Part shown: one piece after another, positions 6,369 to 11,059 of the stretch
Position numbering within the stretch: position 1 is the first letter of the stretch
Layout: each line of letters opens with the position of its first letter
Origin: Dehalococcoidia bacterium
GTDB taxonomy: Bacteria > Chloroflexota > Dehalococcoidia > Bin125
Reading direction: 5' to 3'
Length of the DNA stretch: 11,059 nt
NCBI GenBank assembly: GCA_963555985.3
Contig: CAUVXV020000002.1
Location: 1-11,059 of the forward strand
The notes under the pieces: model-generated
The model's input: the letters and a program-made list of their open reading frames with translations, nothing else
Database searches by the model: none
Told to the model about the DNA's origin: nothing
Made by a program: the position numbers and the translations under genes

Positions 6369-9161
6369 TTATACGGCGCGTCCGCGTGAGGCGGCTTCTT
6401 CTTCGGCTTGGCCGGTCAGCCAGCGGATGATTCGGGTAGAGAAATTGCTGAGCAGCCACTTGCCTGCGATGGCGACAGCGCAGGCGACGAGCACGATGGC
6501 CCATTCGGCGGCGGAGAGCGGGCCGAAGTCGAAGAAGCTGCGCAGCGTCGGCGTGTAGAGAGTGAGGATGAAGATGCCGAGCAGGGCTGCGCCGAAGAAG
6601 GTGACGAGAGCGGGCCGCATGAGGTTGTCGCGGGTGGCGCCCTGATAACCGATCACTTCGACCATGTAGGCCAAGCCGACGATGCCGATGGTCGTGGAGA
6701 CCAGCGTGCGCGCGTCCTCAACCGGACGTCCGAGGATGCCCTCGGTCAGGAGATGCACGCCGACAGCCGCGACCGCCAAGGCAATCGACGCCGGGATCGC
6801 GAAGCGCATAGTCGAACTGAGGAAGTCGTGGCCGGCCGCGCGCGGCGGCTTGGTCAGGGTGATGAACACAGCCGGTACGCCCAGCGTGAACAGCGCCGTG
6901 AGCGAGCCGTGGCGGGGCAGGAAGGGGAAATCGAGGCTCATCATGTTGGCCGCGAAGATGATCAGGAAAGCGTAGAAACTCTTGGTAACGAACAGCTTGC
7001 TCAGCTGCGAGGCGTTGCCGAGCACGTTCTGCGCCACCTCCGAACCCTTGACCAATGCCTCGAACGAGTCGTTGCGCAGCACGATCGCAGCGACGCCCTT
7101 GGCCGTGGCCGTGCCCGACTCCATCGCCACGCCAACATCGGCCTGGCGCAGGGCGCGGACATCGTTGGCGCCGTCGCCGACCATGGCGACATAGTGGCCG
7201 TTGGCCTGGAGCGCGGCGACGATTCGTTCTTTCTGCTGCGGCGCGATCCGTCCGAAGACGGAGTTGTCCTCGACCGCCCGTTGCAGCTCTTCATCGTCCA
7301 TTGCGTCGATGGCCGCACCGGAGATCAGGCCGCCCTGGAGGCGGATGCCGAGCTGATAGACGAGGGCAGCAACAGTGGCGGGGTTGTCGCCGCTGATGAT
7401 CTTTGGCTCGATCTCGAGTTCGTGCATCATGCGGAAGGCGTTGGCGATCTCGGGGCGGAGCTCATCGGCGACGGTGACGAGAGCGACCACGCGCATTTCG
7501 GGCAGTTGATCTTGTTCAGGATCGGGAAGCGAGGCGGCTTCGGCGAAGACGACGCCGCGCAACCCCCGCTGGGCTGCGAGCTCATACTCCTCGCGCAGGG
7601 CCGACTCGTCCTCGCCATCGCTGGTCAGCAGGCGTTCGGGCGCGCCGAGGACGAAGACTCGTTCCTCCGCACCCAGCCGCATCCGCGCGGCGCTCCAGCG
7701 GCGTTCGGAGTTGAAGGGCACGCTGGCGGTCAGGGCTGCGCCGTTACTCATCGGGGCTAGGGCCGTCGCCAGCGCTTCGGAGGTCTTGTTGTTTTCGACC
7801 GTCGCCAGCGCAAACGCCCCCAGCCAGCCGCGCAGCGAGCGGCCCTGTTGGGCCCAGCGGACATCGTCGACTTTGAGCCGGTTGGCGGTGATCGTGCCGG
7901 TCTTGTCGAGGCAGATCGTGTCGAGGTAGTTGAGCGCCTCGACCGCCGTGTTGTCCTGCACGATCGCGCCCATCCGCGAGACCCGCAGCGCGCCGACCGC
8001 GAAGGCGACGGTGAGCCCCAGCAGCAGCCCATCGGGAACGACCGAGGTCGCCGTTGCGATCGTGTTCTTGATCGCCACTGCGAACTCGCGCCCTTCAATT
8101 GAGTACGAGATCAGCAGCAGCACGGCCAGTACCGCTGTCGCAACCAGGAGTCCCCGCAGGATGCGGCGGAATCGCAGTTGCAGCGGCGTTTCGGTCCGCT
8201 TCAGTTGACGGGCGTCGCGGGTCTCACGAACGGCGCGCGATTGGTCGCCGACGCGATCGGCGCGGTAGTAACAGGAGCCGCCGGTGCAGAACGCGCCCGA
8301 TTCGAGTTCCTCGCCCGGGCCGCGGCGGACGGAGCGGGATTCACCGGTCAGGATTGATTCATCCAGTTCGGCTTCATCCCAGATGATCGGTCCATCGGCG
8401 ACCACCTGATCGCCGGCGCGCAGCAGGACCAGATCGCCTTCGACGACTTCGGTCGCAGGAACGACCATCTCGATCCCGCCGCGGATCACCGTAGCCGTGG
8501 GAGCAGTCAACGCCACGAGGTCGCGCAGCTTGCGCGTCGCGCGCAATTCCTGGAGCGTCCCGACGATCACGTTGGCGAGCACAACCATGCCGACGAAGCC
8601 CGCGTCCTGGAGGTGATCACCCTGTCGGTCGACGATGCCCAGCCCCAGCAGAATCCCGATCAGCCCGAACAGCACCGTGTTGAAGTAGGTGAAGACGTTG
8701 GAGAGGACGACATCAAGGTCCGAGCGCTGGCGGCTGGTGTCGCGGTTAACGCGCCCGTCGAGCACACGCTCGGCAGCCTGAGCTGCGCTCAAGCCCTCAA
8801 GCGGCGGCGGCGCGAGTTGGGGGGCTTCGGCAGCCTCGCGATCGGGAGCGGCGAGCGGCGCGGCGACCGCTCCGTTCGCTTCGGCGCTACTGAGCGGGGG
8901 CGGCGTGGTCTCGGGAGCGGTCAGGGGCGAGGGCGCTGCTCCGCCGCTGAGATCGACCTCAACGCCTTCGGCGGCGGCGTAGGGGTCGGGGAGTTCAGCG
9001 CCGGTGGCGCGGCTCTCCTCGATCCGTTCGAGCAGGGCAGTGGCGGCGTCCAGCGCTTCGGGGTGGAGTTGCGGCTGCCCTTCTTCGAGGGCGGCCAAGT
9101 CGAAGAGCAGAGCGGGTTCCGGCTCTCCGAAGTCGACGAAAGCTGGATCGCGCACGCTCAT
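6369..9161 (-). CDS. Cation-transporting P-type ATPase, CtpE-like
   Basis: DESILTGES (A domain), CLDKTGTIT (phosphorylation site), PFNSERRWS, LGAPE, ISGDNP, FGRIAPQQK, VAMVGDGANDVRAL. Multiple TM segments; the core starts at GLSAAQAAER..G.VN as in CtpE-like pumps. Confidence 0.93.
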   Translation of the reverse strand: MSVRDPAFVDFGEPEPALLFDLAALEEGQPQLHPEALDAATALLERIEESRATGAELPDPYAAAEGVEVDLSGGAAPSPLTAPETTPPPLSSAEANGAVAAPLAAPDREAAEAPQLAPPPLEGLSAAQAAERVLDGRVNRDTSRQRSDLDVVLSNVFTYFNTVLFGLIGILLGLGIVDRQGDHLQDAGFVGMVVLANVIVGTLQELRATRKLRDLVALTAPTATVIRGGIEMVVPATEVVEGDLVLLRAGDQVVADGPIIWDEAELDESILTGESRSVRRGPGEELESGAFCTGGSCYYRADRVGDQSRAVRETRDARQLKRTETPLQLRFRRILRGLLVATAVLAVLLLISYSIEGREFAVAIKNTIATATSVVPDGLLLGLTVAFAVGALRVSRMGAIVQDNTAVEALNYLDTICLDKTGTITANRLKVDDVRWAQQGRSLRGWLGAFALATVENNKTSEALATALAPMSNGAALTASVPFNSERRWSAARMRLGAEERVFVLGAPERLLTSDGEDESALREEYELAAQRGLRGVVFAEAASLPDPEQDQLPEMRVVALVTVADELRPEIANAFRMMHELEIEPKIISGDNPATVAALVYQLGIRLQGGLISGAAIDAMDDEELQRAVEDNSVFGRIAPQQKERIVAALQANGHYVAMVGDGANDVRALRQADVGVAMESGTATAKGVAAIVLRNDSFEALVKGSEVAQNVLGNASQLSKLFVTKSFYAFLIIFAANMMSLDFPFLPRHGSLTALFTLGVPAVFITLTKPPRAAGHDFLSSTMRFAIPASIALAVAAVGVHLLTEGILGRPVEDARTLVSTTIGIVGLAYMVEVIGYQGATRDNLMRPALVTFFGAALLGIFILTLYTPTLRSFFDFGPLSAAEWAIVLVACAVAIAGKWLLSNFSTRIIRWLTGQAEEEAASRGRAV

Positions 9162-9167
9162 AGTTCC

Positions 9168-9173
9168 AGTTTA
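9168..9173 (-). promoter_or_regulatory. -10 box of a probable leaderless promoter for the P-type ATPase
   Basis: The - strand reads TAAACT-GGAACT-ATG, i.e. TANNNT-N6-start, with no SD. Confidence 0.55.
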
Positions 9174-9223
9174 GGCACTGCTTATGGAGCGTGGTGGGGA
9201 GATTGGGGCGGGTTGAGGGGTTG

Positions 9224-10093
9224 TTAATCGTTGAGGGCTCGTTCGAGTCCGGCGAGGCGCTCGGCTCTGGTAGCGGCGCTGCGGCCGCGCAGGCCCTCGA
9301 TCGCGCTCCAAGTGATGACGAGCACGAAGAGCGCGGCTTGAGTGAGCACGACGGTGGCGCCGGAGGAGACATCGACGAACCAAGAGATGTAGACCCCGAC
9401 GAAGCCCGTCAGTACGCCCAGGACGACCGCCAACAGGAACAGGCGTGGGAAGGAATCGGTCAGCATTCGCGCCACCACGGGCGGGATCACCAGCGCCGCT
9501 GCAATCAGGGTCACGCCCAGGATCTGGAGCGAAGCGACAACGGTCGCCGCGAGCACCAGCGCGAAGATCGCATCGACCCAGCCCACTGAGATGCCGTAGG
9601 ACTCGGCGACATCGCGGTCGAAGGTGATGAACACGAGCTGCTTCCAAAAAATGAACAACATCGCGCCGATCAGGATGATCATGCCGATAATCACGTAGAG
9701 GTCCTGGGCGGTGATGCCCAGGATTTCGCCAAAAAGGGCGGCTTCAAAGTCGCGCGTGAAGCTGCGCGAACGCGAGATTACGGCGACGCCGATCGCGAAA
9801 GCGGCGGTCGTGATGATGCCAATCGCGGCGTCGCCGCCGATCTGCCGCCGGCGCGCCGCCTGATTAATCAGGAAGACCGAGAAGGCGCCCCAAACACTCG
9901 CGCCGAGGAAGAAATTGATGCCGAGCGTGAAGGACACGACCGCGCCGCCGAAGATGCTGTGAGCCAGGCCGTGGCCGATATAGGCGAGACGCCGGAGGAT
10001 AACGAAGACGCCCACTGCCGCCGTCACGCCGCCGATCAGGGCAGCGGCGATCATCGCGCGTTGCATGAAGCCATACTCGAACGGTTCAAGCAT
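9224..10093 (-). CDS. Metal (Zn/Mn/Fe-type) ABC transporter permease, ABC-3 family (ZnuB/MntB-like)
   Basis: FMQRAMIAA, GVFVILRRLAYIGHGLAHS, DAAIGI, LFGEILGI, TFDRDVAESYGI, LQILGVTLIAAALVIP, GATVVL; hydrophobic throughout. Confidence 0.93.
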   Translation of the reverse strand: MLEPFEYGFMQRAMIAAALIGGVTAAVGVFVILRRLAYIGHGLAHSIFGGAVVSFTLGINFFLGASVWGAFSVFLINQAARRRQIGGDAAIGIITTAAFAIGVAVISRSRSFTRDFEAALFGEILGITAQDLYVIIGMIILIGAMLFIFWKQLVFITFDRDVAESYGISVGWVDAIFALVLAATVVASLQILGVTLIAAALVIPPVVARMLTDSFPRLFLLAVVLGVLTGFVGVYISWFVDVSSGATVVLTQAALFVLVITWSAIEGLRGRSAATRAERLAGLERALND

Positions 10094-10147
10094 GGCGCTT
10101 GCCGGATTTATCGCGATCGAGCAGGCCGAATTCGGCCTTGAGCCAGG

Positions 10148-10954
10148 TCAACTCGTCGTGCGCCCCGGTTGCTCTTCCGGCGCCGGCAGGACGTAGGTCT
10201 CGAGGCCCCGTTGGATCACCAGCATCGGCTGGCCGTAGGCGCGCTCCAGGATGTCCGATTGCAATACCTCGTCCGGCGCACCGTCGGCCAGGACCGTGCG
10301 CTCGCCGAGACAGATCAGGCGGGGCAGATGCGAGGCGACGCCGGTGAGGTCGTGCGTGGTGAGGACGATCGTGACGCCGCCCGCGTTGAGTCGGATCAAC
10401 TCGTGCATGATCTCGTGCCGGGTCTTGATGTCGACCCCGGAGGTGGGTTCGTCCAGCAGCAGCAGGTGAGGCGAGCCGACCAGGGCTCGGGCCAGGAAGG
10501 TGCGCTGCTGCTGACCGCCGGAGAGGGCGCGGATCGAGCGGTGAGCATACTCGGCGATCCCGAGCTGCTCCATCACCTCGTGCGCGCGGGCGTGATCGCG
10601 GCGGCTGACCCAGGGCAGCCAACGGCGTGTGCGCCAACGGCCCAAGAGCACGACCTGCTCGACCGTTATGGGGAAGTTCCAATCGACCGTCTCCACTTGC
10701 GGCACGTAGCCGACCCGCACCTCCCCAGCCTGGTTGTCACCGAAGGCAAAAGTACCTGCGTAGCGCTCCATGTCGCCCAGGAGCGCGCGCAGGAGAGTGG
10801 TCTTGCCGCAGCCGCTGGGACCGACGATGCCGATCATCTCACCGCGCCCGACGGTGAGGTTGAGGTCGCGCAGAGCGACTTCGCCGTCGTAGCCGACAGC
10901 GAGGCCGCTGAGTGTGGCGAGCGGCTCACCTAGCTCGGATTGGACGGCCGCCAT
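10148..10954 (-). CDS. Metal ABC transporter ATP-binding subunit (ZnuC/MntA-like); true end may be 10086
   Basis: GPSGCGKTT, VGYVPQ..VDWNFPITVEQVVLLGR, LSGGQQQRTFLARAL, LLLDEPTSGVD, TTHDL. Lies directly upstream of the ABC-3 permease. Confidence 0.93.
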   Translation of the reverse strand: MAAVQSELGEPLATLSGLAVGYDGEVALRDLNLTVGRGEMIGIVGPSGCGKTTLLRALLGDMERYAGTFAFGDNQAGEVRVGYVPQVETVDWNFPITVEQVVLLGRWRTRRWLPWVSRRDHARAHEVMEQLGIAEYAHRSIRALSGGQQQRTFLARALVGSPHLLLLDEPTSGVDIKTRHEIMHELIRLNAGGVTIVLTTHDLTGVASHLPRLICLGERTVLADGAPDEVLQSDILERAYGQPMLVIQRGLETYVLPAPEEQPGRTTS

Positions 10955-11059
10955 GTGTCGGAAACCTCGAATCCATCCAACGCGCCGGGGTCGCCGCCGA
11001 GGGCGGTCACCATCGTACGCACATTTTCGACCATCATTGCGACCAGTGTGTTGTTGTCG
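10930..11059 (-). CDS. C-terminal 42 aa of a metal ABC transporter substrate-binding protein (ZnuA/TroA-like); 5' part outside the window
   Basis: Absent from the ORF track. Frame from 11058 reads DNNTLVAMMVENVRTMVTALGGDPGALDGFEVSDTWRPSNPS*, containing the MM..N...M..AL terminal helix of cluster A-I binding proteins. Stop TAG 10932-10930 overlaps the ATPase start by 25 bp. Confidence 0.75.
   Translation of the reverse strand, partial: DNNTLVAMMVENVRTMVTALGGDPGALDGFEVSDTWRPSNPS

Noticed and set aside
6408-7760. 450-aa + strand ORF and other long antisense ORFs (294..680, 845..1597, 3926..4495, 5437..6504, 8613..9227, 10169..10933)
   Set aside because: They shadow well-supported genes on the opposite strand, carry no motifs, and are expected from high-GC codon bias.
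1-11059. CRISPR arrays, tRNA/rRNA, transposases, integrases, phage or defence genes
   Set aside because: No spaced repeats, cloverleafs or relevant protein motifs were seen. All long coding regions are explained by metabolic or transport genes.

Overview
High-GC bacterial chromosomal window with no mobile elements, CRISPR or tRNA/rRNA. A Chloroflexus-type malyl-CoA lyase, an F420-type LLM oxidoreductase and leaderless-type promoters suggest Chloroflexota (inference only). Left to right: (-) livF running off the left edge, livG and a HIT protein, joined by ATGA overlaps; (+) gpmA, diverging across a 29-bp gap with overlapping -10 boxes; a hairpin-rich 184-bp convergent gap; (-) LLM oxidoreductase; (-) an orphan sugar-type periplasmic binding protein with an extra ~53-aa N-terminal module; an AT-rich divergent control region; (+) mcl; (-) a CtpE-like P-type ATPase with PDGL instead of PEGL and a long acidic N-terminal extension; (-) a metal ABC operon (permease, ATPase, 3' end of the binding protein). 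Eight single-base indels, five of them in livG, break otherwise intact genes and look like long-read errors. The best novelty candidate is the N-terminal module of the binding protein, possibly an uncharacterised export or surface-anchoring domain.
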